Positions 40,581-52,961 of a stretch of 64,000 nucleotides of DNA are shown here, in pieces. Position numbers and translations under genes: made by a program. This DNA is from Antedon mediterranea (Eukaryota > Animalia > Echinodermata). How positions within the stretch are numbered: the stretch's first letter is position 1; every line of letters starts with the position of its first letter. A model generated the notes under the pieces. That model saw only the letters and a program-made list of their open reading frames with translations, ran no database searches and was not told where the DNA came from. Location: positions 16,092,948-16,156,947 of the forward strand of contig NC_092673.1 in assembly GCF_964355755.1 (NCBI RefSeq). The letters run 5' to 3'.

Positions 40581-43500
40581 TCATCTATGATTTAACCTTA
40601 ACTCCCACCCTTGCCAGAATAAACACAAGCAATGCAAAACTGGAAGTATATTAACAATATTTACCAAAACTATAAAGAATAAGTTAACAGTTTGTATTTT
40701 TGAATTCTTTTCGTTCACTTGTTGAAGCTCGACTTTTATATTTACAATTTGTTCCTTTAATTCTTTTCCTTGATTTTCAATCCAATCTTTATTCCGATTC
40801 TGCTCCGTCGATACCTTCTCTTCAGATATATCATTTATTCCTTTGAAGAGCTTTTTCGTTTCCTCCTCTAGCATAATCTCATGCTTTTCAGTTAATTCAT
40901 CTGTGATTTTCTTTGTAACAGCTTCAATCTCTTCTGCATGAGATTCTGCTAACTGCTGTCGAATGTTCTGGAATTCTTGAACAAATTCGTTCTCTTTGTC
41001 CGATTTTTCAGTACAGAATTGAACCTTGAAATGGTCTTCAACTTCTTCTACTTTGGGTTTCATTTTGCGATCAATTTCAGCAACAACTTCAGAACGCTGT
41101 TGGTTTAATGCAATGCGATGGATATCTTCTTGATGGGCACTTTCATCTTCAAACCTTTTCCGATATTCATTTTCCAATCTTTCTTTTTCATCAATAAACT
41201 GGGTAACTCTTTCATCTAACTCTGAAGTTTTCTTCTGTATTTCTTGGTTAGCTTCATCAAGCTCTCGATGAAGTTGCAAAGTTACATCTTCTTCTTTCTC
41301 CATTTTCTCTGTTAGTTCCTTGTTGTGATTATTAAGAAGTGCAACTTGATCTTCGAAGTCTTTTTGGATGTTCTGACAAGCCTCTAAGTCCATCTCTTTC
41401 TCATCTAATTGGTCTTGGAGTTCCTTTAAATTCTGTTCTAATGCATCTCTAATTTTGTTATTAGTTTCAGCATCTTCTTCACATTTCTTTTTCAATTCTT
41501 GCATTTCATTCTGGTGTCTTTCCTGCAGCTGTGACTTAATCATAACAATTTGTTGTCCATAAGTCTCATCAAGTTCTGCATGTAGTAAAGCCAATTGTTC
41601 ACTAATGTTAGGTGGATTAGACGCTACAGCCTGTTGAAGTTGTTTGTTCATATAAGCAAGTTCGTCATCTGATTTCCTTTTAACCAGATCTCTTTCTTCT
41701 TTAATTTCTGCTAACTCATCATTTTTCTTAGCATACTTTGTGGCTAAATCCTGCAATAGTGTCTCTTTCTTAGTGACAGTCTCTTGTAACTTGATAACCT
41801 GCATTTGTGCTTCAGTCATCTCGTGAGCTGAATCTCTCTCCTTTACATGGAGACTTGTTGGATGTCTCCTTTGGCAAATTTTACAAATACTTTTCTGGTT
41901 ACAGTTCCTTGACACATGGCCATGTTGTAAGCAGCTGAAGCATAGACCATTTTGCTTGATGTATTGCTGTTTTTCGGTTTCAGGTTTTTTGGCAAACGCT
42001 CTGCAGTCACTTAGGTGATGGTTATTCATTTTACACATGAAGCATGATGACATTCCACTGATACTGGTGGCTAGCGTTTGAGATTGGTTTCGATATCTTG
42101 AACTTTTTTCTGTGAATTTTGTTTCATTTTCTGGTATTAAGGTAACAGGATCGCAAACAATTTCAGCTTCGGTCGTCAAAAATGTGGAAAAGTCATTGAA
42201 TGTTGGATAACTACCCTTGATTTGCATAGCGCTCACTGCGTTTCTTTGCCATCTATTCACTAACCAATCTGGTAATTTTTGAAGAATTTTCCGGTTTTCT
42301 CTGCTGTCATTAATAACTTCCAAGCCTTTCATTTCCTTCATTGCTATGTTGCATTGGTTCAAAAAGTCAGAGAGTCGCCTAAGGCCATTGTAATCTCTTG
42401 CTTGAATCCTTGGCCAGCTGTCTAATTTGTCTCTAAATGCTTCGGAAACTATAAATGGATTTCCATATCTTTTTTCTAAAACTGCTTTAGCGTTTTCATA
42501 AGCATGTTCACCTGGTAGCAGAAAGTATCCACTGACAACTTCCTTTGCTGGGCCTCCTATGTATCTCTTAAGGTAGTGAATTCTGTCTGCCTTAGAAATT
42601 CCTTTATTTTCGATTAAACATCTAAAGGATGCGTTCCAATCATAGTACTTAAGAGGATCGCCATTGAATATTGGTGGCTCTGGTGCTGGTATGCGGTTCA
42701 TACTGAAGGCTGAAGAAAAGGCTTCTGCTAAAGCGTTTAAGTCTGTGGTACTGCTAGATTGATTTTGAGGCATTGTCGGTTGGGCTGTTGTTGCTTGTGT
42801 CTGTGTCATTAGAGGTTGAGGTTTGGTTAGGTTGCGAAACCTTAGTGCATGATCATTTGAGGTTTGGTGTGGGGTGGTCATAATTTCTCGATATCCGTTC
42901 TGAATTTCCTGTTGAATTGCATCAACTCGTGCATTCTCTACAGCTGCAGCTTGTTTAGCCTCTAAAACTTTGAACTCTGCTTCAGCTTTGGCATGTTCTG
43001 TTCTTTGCTGTGCTTCCCGCCTTATTTCTTCAAGCCTTGCTTCTGCTTTCTTAATTTCCATTTCAGCTTCCTTTGCTGTAAGGTCTGCTTTCTGTTTAGC
43101 CATTTTTTCAACAAATTGAGCAGTTTTGTTGGCTGCAGCAGCATTCGCCACGGCTTGAGCTTTAATACTAACAATAGATTGACATGAACTCTTTGATGCT
43201 GCAGATTTTGAGGCTTGACACTCAAGGGCTAATGCATGTGCCTTATCCATAGCACTTGTTATACTAGCTTGGATGGAGTTGGCAATGGTGAGATATATGT
43301 TCTCATTCTCCAGGTGATCTTCGCGATGAATACCATCTCTATCTTGTGCATACAATTTATTCAATACGCACCAAGCATCACTATATTCCTTTAATGCGGC
43401 TTTAGCTTTGCATAATGCAGTTTGTATCTCAAATTCGTCGCTTGGAACATCTTCTAGTTCACTTGATGCTTCTTGAGCCTTTCTCTGAGTTTGACTCAAC

Positions 43501-43625
43501 AGTTTTACTTCAGTAGCAATGCTAATTGACAGGGCCTTAGCTGTAGGGCGTCTCTCACTCTGTTCTCTTAGATTCATTGAGTTTTCATCAGCTAAGTTTT
43601 CACTGTTACCGTAGGCGTCCATCAT
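40581..43625 (-). CDS. gag: BEL/Pao Gag fused to an AKAP9/pericentrin-like coiled coil (1014 aa)
   Basis: DUF1759-type capsid region (PPIFNGDPLKYYDW...LEKRYG...ILQKLP) and three zinc knuckles (CFMCKMNNHHLSDC, CFSCLQHGHVSRNC, CKICQRRHPTSLH), followed by about 390 aa of E/K/Q-rich heptads. No protease, RT, RNase H or integrase motifs. Confidence 0.9.
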   Translation of the reverse strand: MMDAYGNSENLADENSMNLREQSERRPTAKALSISIATEVKLLSQTQRKAQEASSELEDVPSDEFEIQTALCKAKAALKEYSDAWCVLNKLYAQDRDGIHREDHLENENIYLTIANSIQASITSAMDKAHALALECQASKSAASKSSCQSIVSIKAQAVANAAAANKTAQFVEKMAKQKADLTAKEAEMEIKKAEARLEEIRREAQQRTEHAKAEAEFKVLEAKQAAAVENARVDAIQQEIQNGYREIMTTPHQTSNDHALRFRNLTKPQPLMTQTQATTAQPTMPQNQSSSTTDLNALAEAFSSAFSMNRIPAPEPPIFNGDPLKYYDWNASFRCLIENKGISKADRIHYLKRYIGGPAKEVVSGYFLLPGEHAYENAKAVLEKRYGNPFIVSEAFRDKLDSWPRIQARDYNGLRRLSDFLNQCNIAMKEMKGLEVINDSRENRKILQKLPDWLVNRWQRNAVSAMQIKGSYPTFNDFSTFLTTEAEIVCDPVTLIPENETKFTEKSSRYRNQSQTLATSISGMSSCFMCKMNNHHLSDCRAFAKKPETEKQQYIKQNGLCFSCLQHGHVSRNCNQKSICKICQRRHPTSLHVKERDSAHEMTEAQMQVIKLQETVTKKETLLQDLATKYAKKNDELAEIKEERDLVKRKSDDELAYMNKQLQQAVASNPPNISEQLALLHAELDETYGQQIVMIKSQLQERHQNEMQELKKKCEEDAETNNKIRDALEQNLKELQDQLDEKEMDLEACQNIQKDFEDQVALLNNHNKELTEKMEKEEDVTLQLHRELDEANQEIQKKTSELDERVTQFIDEKERLENEYRKRFEDESAHQEDIHRIALNQQRSEVVAEIDRKMKPKVEEVEDHFKVQFCTEKSDKENEFVQEFQNIRQQLAESHAEEIEAVTKKITDELTEKHEIMLEEETKKLFKGINDISEEKVSTEQNRNKDWIENQGKELKEQIVNIKVELQQVNEKNSKIQTVNLFFIVLVNIVNILPVLHCLCLFWQGWELRLNHR

Positions 43626-44106
43626 AAATAAATTACAAATTTTGTAGATACTGATGTTCCTTTATTTATTCTCTGAACTATCTCTTGTATCTCTACAAAT
43701 TACAGTATCATTAGCAACTTGAATAAACACCGTGAAAACTATAATAAAACAAAGATTAGCATTACAATGTAGGCCTAATCATATCATCATCGTACAGGCA
43801 GACAAGCACAGGTCTGACTCATGGGGCCGGGGAACATGATACCCTAAGGCTTAGGGCTAGCTCTCAGCAATGAAGTAAAACTCAACTAATTAAAAATACA
43901 AGTCATAAGTTATAATTACAATCACATGAATAACCATGTGTAAATACCTTGTAGCCTTATTGGAGCCTATGGTAAAGATACTTTTAACAATGATTATCTC
44001 TAAACTTTATGTCATAAAAAATGTCTTATAAAATGTCTTATTCTCTCTTATCACTTTTTATCTATTTGAACTCTAGAGGGCCTCCTGTAAGTAGGCTGCA
44101 GTTGCA
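43604..44106 (-). repeat. 5' LTR
   Basis: Direct repeat of 40066-40568. Contains the first ATG of the ORF. Confidence 0.93.
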
Positions 44107-44124
44107 ATTATGCATTAGTATTAT

Positions 44125-47100
44125 TAGTCCAGTCAAAAATCACCCTCACCATGGTATAAGAACGTACCCTAATAAAATTTCATCCGTAGGTTCTATGTAT
44201 ATAGGTAATAACATTTCTTGATGTTGCGTCTTGCAAAACTTGGGATTTTACGAGAAAATTTGACTTTTATACCCAATTTATAACTACCTCATGTCGTATT
44301 ATTGTGTACAGCGAATGCGACGAAGCGTGACTGAAATTACGAGACGCCGTTTGCGCCCGTTGAAAAATGCATTAACAAAGCTAAAAACCTACAAAATTAA
44401 TAGTTTATACAATAATTTAAATATAGTTTACAATAAATTGTATAATAAAATACATAACATATAAAGAAAACTCAAGTATAATCTCAAATATTTACAGATA
44501 TGTGTTTAAAAATGTACAAATCAAAATGGCCTTCCATAAAATAAAGTGCGCCCTCACTCGTCATACTTTTATCGGACTTGTATGGATGGTTATACAAGGC
44601 ATTAATAATACGAAACCCGCGATGCGGTTTGTTAGTTATTGCCTCTGCAAGAGGCAGAATATTATATTTTCACAAATATATTTCTAGTTTTTATCATGGA
44701 AAAAAAGAATTGTATATATTTAAACACATTACAACCTCCAGTCTACCATCATGATGGATTAAGTGAAGCGCCGTATTGTATATGCTATAGCGTAATGATC
44801 TTCTAGTTATCTGGTTATATTCTGGACATTCTTTTTTTCACAGCATTACTTGCGTGGATATCACAATGCATTTGTTTATTCGCGATTATAGTCAATATTA
44901 ATTTGAGTAAGAATCATTTTTAAATGACAGTCCATTTCGCGTATACGATATAATAAAGATTTAAATTAATAAGTACTCTGAAATATTTTCTCATTGGTTA
45001 TCCGCAACAAAGAATCCTTGTGATTGTTAGTTTTGTTTAATTTTCTTTGAATTGTTTATTGGCATCCATATCGTATGATGTGTGAGACAATTTCGTGTTT
45101 TAGAAAATGTAATCCTGCCACCGAAGATTCTTTCTGTTCGAAGACTTCTGACGGATAACTGTGTTATTCTTTTACAATTAATTAATTAATGTTCATCTTC
45201 ACTTTTGGGAAAAATAGCCTACATCTTTTAGGTTTAAAACGTCATTTATAAGTATTTGAATAAGCCAACAAATTAAACTACTCAGTGTTCTCCCAAGCTT
45301 TTTAAATTTTCTAAATGTATTAAAATGCGTCGGACTCGGCGGATAACAATATTTGAAATAAATGCATATAAAACTTTTGTTCTGGACTTTACTTTTTTGT
45401 CCCAAGTGAGAACTTTCAGGCCGTGGAGGTGAACCGATCGTTTATGACATGCTTTTGTGTATAAAATGTCCAATAATAATTGTAGGACTACTCTCAACCA
45501 AAACACTTTATATTAGAATGTATTTAATATACGTCACGTCTTAAAAAATTGGGAGAATTGGGTAATACAGTATGTCGTTTCTCGCGAATCTTACATCACA
45601 CTCCAACATTCTCACTTTCTTTTATTTAGTAAAATGTGAACGGTGGAAAAACGGGAAAATACTTTAAATTTAGAATGCTTTGAATTCTGGAAGACGACTT
45701 CGAACTTAAAGAATCGTCATGAATGACGTTTATTGGCTCAAACTTCACACATCGGTACGATGTGAAGGCCAGACGGATTCAGAGAGGATCAAACCGGCTC
45801 CTCCTCCCCATTGGCAGTGGGGGCATCGGCGGGTGAAAAGGAAAAATGATAAATGTTGATTCAGACGAATGCCAACCAGCCCCATTGATACGCTCTTAAT
45901 AATTGTTGGAAAGTGAAAGTAGGGCTACTTGAGGTAGGGGGCCTAGTATCTTTCGTATAGGCCTACACGAAATGGATTATCCTTAAATGATTGGTTCTTA
46001 CTCTAATTAAGATCATAATCGCGAATGATAGTTCAAAATATGCAATGCATTGTGATATCCACGCAAGTAATGCTGTGGAAAAAAAAAATGTCTAAAAATA
46101 AAACCAGCAAAACCAGTAGATCATTACGCTTCAGCAGATATACAAATATACACTTAATCCATCATGATGGTATACTGGAGGTTGTAATGTGTATAAATAT
46201 ATACAATTCTTTTTTTCCATGATAAAAATTAGAAATATATTTGTGAAAATATAATATTCTGCCTCTTGCAGAGGCAATAACTAACAAACCGCATCGTGTT
46301 TCATATATTAAAGGGGGATTCTGGGTTTAAAATTGCTTTTAAATATCGTTTATTTATTAAATAAAAAATATCATAACAATATAGACATGTCAGAATGAAG
46401 AAGTAATAACGAGAAATTAAAAAAAATTAATTTCATATACATTTTAGGGTAAATTCATGGAAAGTCTGTTTTTCAGCAGCTTAGGGAAGCTCATTAATAT
46501 TCATGAGATATTCACAAAATCACGTCATCAGTGGATTCCAAACTCGCGACGTCATGTACGTTGTGTTTGTTAACTTCAAATCTCTCTCTCTCCCCTGTCA
46601 AACGACAACCACCCGATCATTGTGAAATACATTTTTTGTAGATTTTCTAAGCTAGGCCTAAAGTGTAATAATAACAGTAGTAGCATATATTTATTTGACA
46701 TAAATACAACATTTAGTAAAGATTACGGAGTCTTAAATTATATACTATTTTTATACCTCGAATAGTACAGATCGTATTATCGGCTTCACGTACTAGGCTA
46801 GGCCTAGCCTAAATCATTTGTTTTCATGGGTGAGAGCCATTCTGACTAGGGATTCCATGCCACGATGGCTACGTTAAAAACATTGGGGCCCATCATGGGC
46901 CTAGCTAGCCTACTAAACGATTGGCCCATAATAATAAAACTCGGTGGTTTCCAAACCTATCCTATCAACCAAACTCCTAAACAATCTAAACCTAAAACAT
47001 TCTACAAAATCGGCTGTAAATATTGAGGCAAAAAAGGTACGATCGCCGTCCGCACGTATGGTGTCCCGATCGTCTAAAAGTAGGCCTAAAATAGGCCTAG

Positions 47101-48396
47101 TTTACTCTCCAAAAAAGCAGATACTGCATCAAGCAAGTAGACCAGGTAGTAGGAAGGTGACCTAGCCGATTCGGCCCAGTTAAAAATTGAGCTAGCTAGT
47201 GTAGTAGACCCTATATGCGAATTGATACTACCAGGCCTTTTAATAAAGTATTATAGGCTTGTTAAAATTAGCAATATACTTATGTTTACAAATATTCCAA
47301 CTCTCTCATTCGAGCTATATTATCTATACCATTCCGGTAGGTCGAGTCGACCTTCAACCAAATACTGTACATCGTTCATGTTGTGATTATAGACGGGGTA
47401 TACTCGACCCGACCAGTTTGGTATTGTATACTGTATCTGCTTATCACGTGACATGCCAGGCATGGGCAGGTAGAGCACGTGTATTGTCGTCTCGCTCTCC
47501 TCGCTCAGCAGGAATGCATACGTTACGCTTCATTGATTTTGAAGGCTTTCCCTAAGTCAGTGCGAAAATCGGCAAACGTAAAGTGCAAACATATCTAATT
47601 TTTCACTGTTTTGATGAATTTTCATAGAAAATTGACTTTATAAATGGGAAGACCGACTACTATAAGTATAATTTCACAAAAGTAATTAATATGGTTAATG
47701 ATAACGAGTCGTCGGAACATTGACCATTTCACGAATTTCCTATTCTGTAAACACAGTGTCATATCGCCGTAGCTGCACTTGCAATCTGGCCTCATTTCAC
47801 AGCCTTCGTTCTGCTTCACTGGGCGCTTATATAAATTGAAACTTTTACCGTTCAAGAGACAAACAAATATATTTTACATTTTTTACTATTCATTTTAAAC
47901 CCGGAACCCCCCTTTAATGCCTTTTTTAACCATCCATACAAGTCCGATAAAAGTATGACGAGTGAGGGCGCACTTTATTTTATGGAAGGCCATTTTGATT
48001 TGTACATTTTTAAACACATATCTGTAAATATTTGAGATTATACTTGGGTTTTCTTTATATGTTATGTATTTTATTATACAATTTATTGTAAACTATATTT
48101 AAATTATTGTATAAACTATTAATTTTGTAGGTTTTTAGCTTTGTTAATGCATTTTTCAACGGGCGCTAACGGCGTCTCGTAATTTTAGTCACGCTTCGTC
48201 GAATTCGCTGTAATGTCAATAATACGACATGAGGCGGTTATAAATTGGGTATAAAAGTCTAATTTTCTCGTAAAATCCCAAGTTTTGCAAGACGCAACAT
48301 CAAGAAATGTTATTACCTATATACATAGAACCTACGGATGAAATTTGATTAGGGTACGTTCTTATACCATGGTGAGGGTGATTTTTGACTGGACTA
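44125..48396. mobile_element. Non-autonomous long-TIR DNA transposon, Academ-like (TAG...CTA termini)
   Basis: About 750-bp TIRs: 44125-44900 versus 46015-46311 plus 47918-48396. Termini TAGTCCAGTC / GACTGGACTA. No TSD. Confidence 0.75.
46312..47913. mobile_element. Kolobok-like non-autonomous element nested in the right TIR of the Academ-like element
   Basis: TTAA TSD (46308-46311, 47914-47917), TIR agggggattctgggtttaaaa / ttttaaacccggaacccccct. Confidence 0.8.
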
Positions 48397-48530
48397 AATG
48401 CAACACATTTCTTTTATATTTATGTTCCATTTCAATGTTTATGTGTTATTATGTGTTTATCCATCTGTATTAATTATCAAAAGTCATAGATAAATGTCGT
48501 AATATACTGTGTGAATGTTTTTCTTAACAG

Positions 48531-49703
48531 CTTGAAATATCACGCTGGACTAAAATAAAAGGAGTGCTGATGTTATGCGCGATTTGAACGATTTGCGCAA
48601 TTTGAAATTGCGCAAAAAAAATCCTTGCGCAATTTGAATTGAAACATGTGTTTCAAATTGCGCAAGCAACGTATTAAATTGCGCAAGTAATCTGCAAATT
48701 GCGCAAGGTTTTTCGACAGATTGTGAAATCATGTACACCCATATTTTTATAGTAATTTCTAAGAATGATTCAAAATTAAAGATAAATATCGCATTTCCTT
48801 ATTTAAGTAGTGCAAATATTGTTATAAGTTAGCATACCGTCGAAGAACCGACGAAGGAAAACGAAGCGGTGGTGTTCCACCAGGCGGGCGCGGCGCGGGC
48901 GGCCGGCTATACTACTCTAGCCTAGGGTCTGGACTACTGATACTGACTAGGTTACATGGCCTAGCTTAAACTAATATTAAAAATTTAAAAAGTGAGTATT
49001 AAACATTATCTTCATTGAAATGGTCTTATTTATATAATAAAAAACCTAATAAAATACTAAATTTTAAACTCCTCTGCCTAGGCCTAGCCTATAGCCATGT
49101 ATGGGAAAATTTACAGTTCGTTTTCAAATTGCGCAAAGGTGTCATATTGCGCAAGAACTATCTTGCGCAATTTACAAATTGTGCAGCGCAATTTAAAATT
49201 GCGCAAAGATTTTCTTGCGCAATTTGAAATTGCGCAAGTTGATTGCGCAATTTGAAATTGCGCAAAAAAATCCTTGCGCAATTTTAAATTGCGCAAGAAT
49301 TATTTGCGCAATTTCAAATTGCGCAAGGATTTTTTTGCGCAATTTCAAATTGCGCAAATCGTTCAAATCGCGCATAACACTGATATTTAAACCAGAACCA
49401 AGTGTCTGCATAGAGGTAATTAATATGAGATTATCACTTTTAAACAAATTTATCATGTTATATAAATCTATAAATAACATGTCATTCCCATGTTTTAGGT
49501 ACTAAGCTACTTAAAAAAGCAACTAAAAACTGTCTGCAATATATATGAGGGCATTGGCTACAATCTACGTGTGTTATGTACTGCTTGTAACCCAGATGAA
49601 CATCACTTAATTGATCTTGACGAGTGTTTGAAAAATGATTTTGTTCCATGTGGAAAAAGAAAGGCTATGCATACTGCTCGTATAAAGCATTTATTTTCAA
49701 TGA
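48531..49703 (+). pseudogene. Remnant last two exons of module A in paralog 2
   Basis: 48531-49415 (homolog of 5433-5537, split by an insertion at 48571-49379) and 49499-49703 (homolog of 5620-5824). The ten upstream module-A exons are not seen between 39 and 48 kb. Confidence 0.8.
48571..49379. mobile_element. TGT...ACA TIR element with 4-bp TSD (Ginger-like) inserted in a Roco exon
   Basis: TIR tgttatgcgcgatttgaacgatttgcgcaatttgaaattgcgc, TSD CTGA. Removing it restores the frame LEISRWTKIKGVLIFKPEPSVCIE. Confidence 0.8.
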
Positions 49704-51551
49704 GTAAGTTGGTTTGGTTATTCTTGATTGTTGTCATCATTACTTCATTCCAATGAATCAACAATAATAACTTTATCTTAATTTGGACATACTGTACTAT
49801 GAAACCTTCACTGGTCTAATGGTGACACCAGTGTATTGATATACTGTAGGCTGGCCATGTAATTTGTTGTCAAATAGTTTCTCATCTTTACCATTCCACA
49901 TTATTTGCCTCATAATTTAGAGTTAAATTTTGTTGTATCCTAATATTCAAGTAACATTTTATGTAAGTATTTTATTTTTTATTATTACAAAATATGTTTT
50001 TGTATTACTGTACTTGGTAGATAATATACTGTATATAAGAATGAAGATTAGATTGATCACCAAGCTATGCTATGAAAACAGTTTTTCTTTCTATACAACT
50101 ACTTGGTGTGTTTGATGCACAAATTTTACCTCTAAATTGTGGGTGTGTCTTATACACAGGTCACTGCTTCACGCACACCAAAAAGCCACACAAAGTTAAC
50201 ACTACAGCAGTAGCCTACAACAACAATTACTGTAGGTCTAGCTAGTTAGTCATAGCCTTTCTAATTTTATTGCAATAATGTCTTGCCTAGAGGGTCGATT
50301 ACTACATAGTGCATTAGATATTCTACCTAGGCCTTCACCTATTCTTTACTAATCTGAACTTGTGTGTGTGTGTAGCTAGATCAAATAAAACACAATTATG
50401 GAAAAGTCCACTAATTGCGGTGATTATCACGTTTTAATTACACTTGATACTGTGGTTTATTAAATTACATCCCTGTGTTAACAGTCACATATTTCTGTAA
50501 TCATATAGACAATAGTTTATACATCAAGCGTCATCTAAAAGAACTTGTTTTTAAAGTGCTAATAAGCTTCCCCTAAGTTCATATTTGTATTGTACAACCG
50601 TAAGTGCCGACACATGGCTAGTGTCTTACAGACTAGTATTGACATGCATTTTCATAATAGACATAGTTTAAAATTAATAATGATTTTGCTGGTTTATTAC
50701 CAGCTGTGGACACTTATCATTTGAATTGATTTAAATCAAATGGTCATACACACAGTAACAAAGTATATTTAAATAACCTTGGTGTAGATATAATAAGAGC
50801 ACTCTAAGATCACTGAAAGTATGCTATAACAATGCCTTACGTTTGCTGCTGAAGCAGCCTAGAAATTGTAGTGCAAGCATGATGTTTGTCTTAAATGATG
50901 TCCCATCCTTGGATGAGTTCATTAGAAAATCTGTTTTTTTAGTTTTAAAAAATCATGTGAACGCAAGTAGTAATTCTTTGATCATGGCCATTAATCGCCA
51001 CGTTCTTAATGTGTCAAGAATGCAAATACAATGGAATGCCTTGTTGCATTGACTTTATATTTATATGTTTTTGTTCTATGAGCTCTTAGATTAAGATTTT
51101 GCTATGGATATATTATGTCACGAAGATATTCTGAAATAAAAAGATGAATGAATGAATGAATATATGCAATTAGAGTCACTTAATTATGATTGTTATTAGA
51201 CAGGCAGATAGGTGGTGATTAATTTAACATCCAAGACATTGAATTAAGATTAAGATTCAAGAACATAATTCCAATTTATAGAGATAACAAATTATTTAAT
51301 TCATCACAAAAACTGTAGAAAAAGTAAAGCTAGATTTAGCTTTACATTCAAGTAGTGTAGCTTGTTGGTTAACGTGCTTGCCTTCCAATCCCAAGGTACG
51401 AGGTTCAGTCCTGACTCTTCCAACTCCACTCCCTGAGCCTCAAGTTTATGCTTGCTGTTAGATGTCTATGAAATAAGACCAAAAAAAATAAAAAATGTTG
51501 ATTTTACTTGGTTCACTCTCACAAATGTGTTCCTTTAAATATTATTTTGTC

Positions 51552-51668
51552 GAAAAGGATATTCCATTTGCTGTTGCTGTTCATGGGAGAGACTTTAAGG
51601 AAGCGTACAATGAAGCCTCGAAAGAAGGATCTGTCAAAATTAATCTTGGAATGCTTAAAGTAATTTAG
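51552..51668 (+). pseudogene. Copy of the ROC exon 1 pseudo-exon in paralog 2
   Basis: Near-identical to 7919-8035. Confidence 0.8.
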
Positions 51669-51893
51669 TATATATTTAGTATACGTCAAATACGAACGTA
51701 TATAAACATAGGTTGTTTTTTTGCAAAGGTTTACCTTGGACAACATACTGTACCAGTATATATCCGTCTATATATCAAGATGTGTCATCACTATCTTGTT
51801 TATATTTAAATGAATTCTATGAATAGTATTGGTACAGTATTATAGTTTATGGTATATCTTAAATCCTGTTAATCCAATCTTTTAGAACATAAT

Positions 51894-52440
51894 TTTATAC
51901 CAACTTTATTCACATCATCATACATAAATAGTACAATACAATACAATATGTATGTGTGTGTGAAAAGGAGCCAAAAAATAGCTTTCGCTAATCAAGGTTT
52001 GACTCCTGTCACAAAAATAAATTAGTCATAATGCATACATTTTTGTCTATCAACAATAATTCAATAAGAAGGAAACAGCAACTATATGAAAGAAATAACG
52101 TAAACAGGGGCTAACATTAATATTTTTTGTAAAAGTAAACATTTAACTTCATTTATGAATTTAAATCTAGAAGAGGTACATTTTATAACTAAGGGTAAAT
52201 TATTCCAAAGTTGAGCTCCATTGAAAGAAATTCTAAATTTACCAGCATCTGTGCGAGCTTTTGGAATTGCAAAATTATATCTACATATTACTAAATCTGG
52301 TACTAGCATTATGTGTAATTAAATAAAAGTATTCCATTGTTTGATGTGGTGTTTTGCCGTTAATTTGGTCATGAACAAACTTAGCTATACTTAATTCAAA
52401 CAACTTAAAGACGTCTAAAATACTAATACTGATACTAACT
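51894..52440 (-). mobile_element. 3' fragment of a CR1/L2-group LINE, only in paralog 2
   Basis: ARTDAGKFRISFNGAQLWNNLP, AATAAA near 51905-51910 on the minus strand, absent at the paralogous site (about 9830). Confidence 0.7.
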
Positions 52441-52910
52441 AATAATATTGTAGCTATTGTAATGTTAAATATAACTGAGGCTAAATAACTATAAAAACAG
52501 TACGGAGTGAGTGGCTTGTATATTGATTAATTATCTCCTGTACAGTACCATGTTGGCTGTAAAGTCTTGTGGTTTAAGTGGTCAATTTCACTTTTTCACA
52601 GATGTGCAATATGACACAGAGATACTGCATTTTGTCAATATTCTTAAATAAAGTCTAGCCTAAAATCTGAATAGCAAGCACTAGACTTTGTTGTTTTCTT
52701 AATCTAGCCATTATCATCAGTCGGATTTTTTAAATTAACATTTCAGTTTTTATTTTAAAATAGATTGATTGATTGAATTTATTTGATGCTCAACATTAAA
52801 ATAACAAACAGACAAAAGACAAAATAACGAGCATCAGGCACACCCATTAGGCCGGAAAAACCAGCCCATTTCCAATTGCACATAACAAACAAAAAAAATA
52901 CAACATTTAT

Positions 52911-52961
<51 letters not shown>

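Larger units (their letters stand above)
40066..44106 (-). mobile_element. Non-autonomous BEL/Pao-type LTR retrotransposon (gag only, with captured coding sequence)
   Basis: 503-bp TG...CA LTRs at 40066-40568 and 43604-44106, TSD ATTAT (40061-40065, 44107-44111), PPT-like gggtgggag next to the 3' LTR. Confidence 0.93.

Noticed and set aside
43585-43603. Canonical TGG primer-binding site
   Set aside because: The sequence after the 5' LTR is GTGAAAACTTAGC on the minus strand. I cannot assign a tRNA primer.
40581-43625. Host SMC/myosin-like gene or domesticated Gag
   Set aside because: It lies between identical LTRs with a TSD, so it is a recent mobile insertion
49015-49505. Overlapping ORFs with LRNFKLRK/CAISNCA repeats
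   Set aside because: Translations of TTGCGCAA palindromic repeats in a transposon terminus
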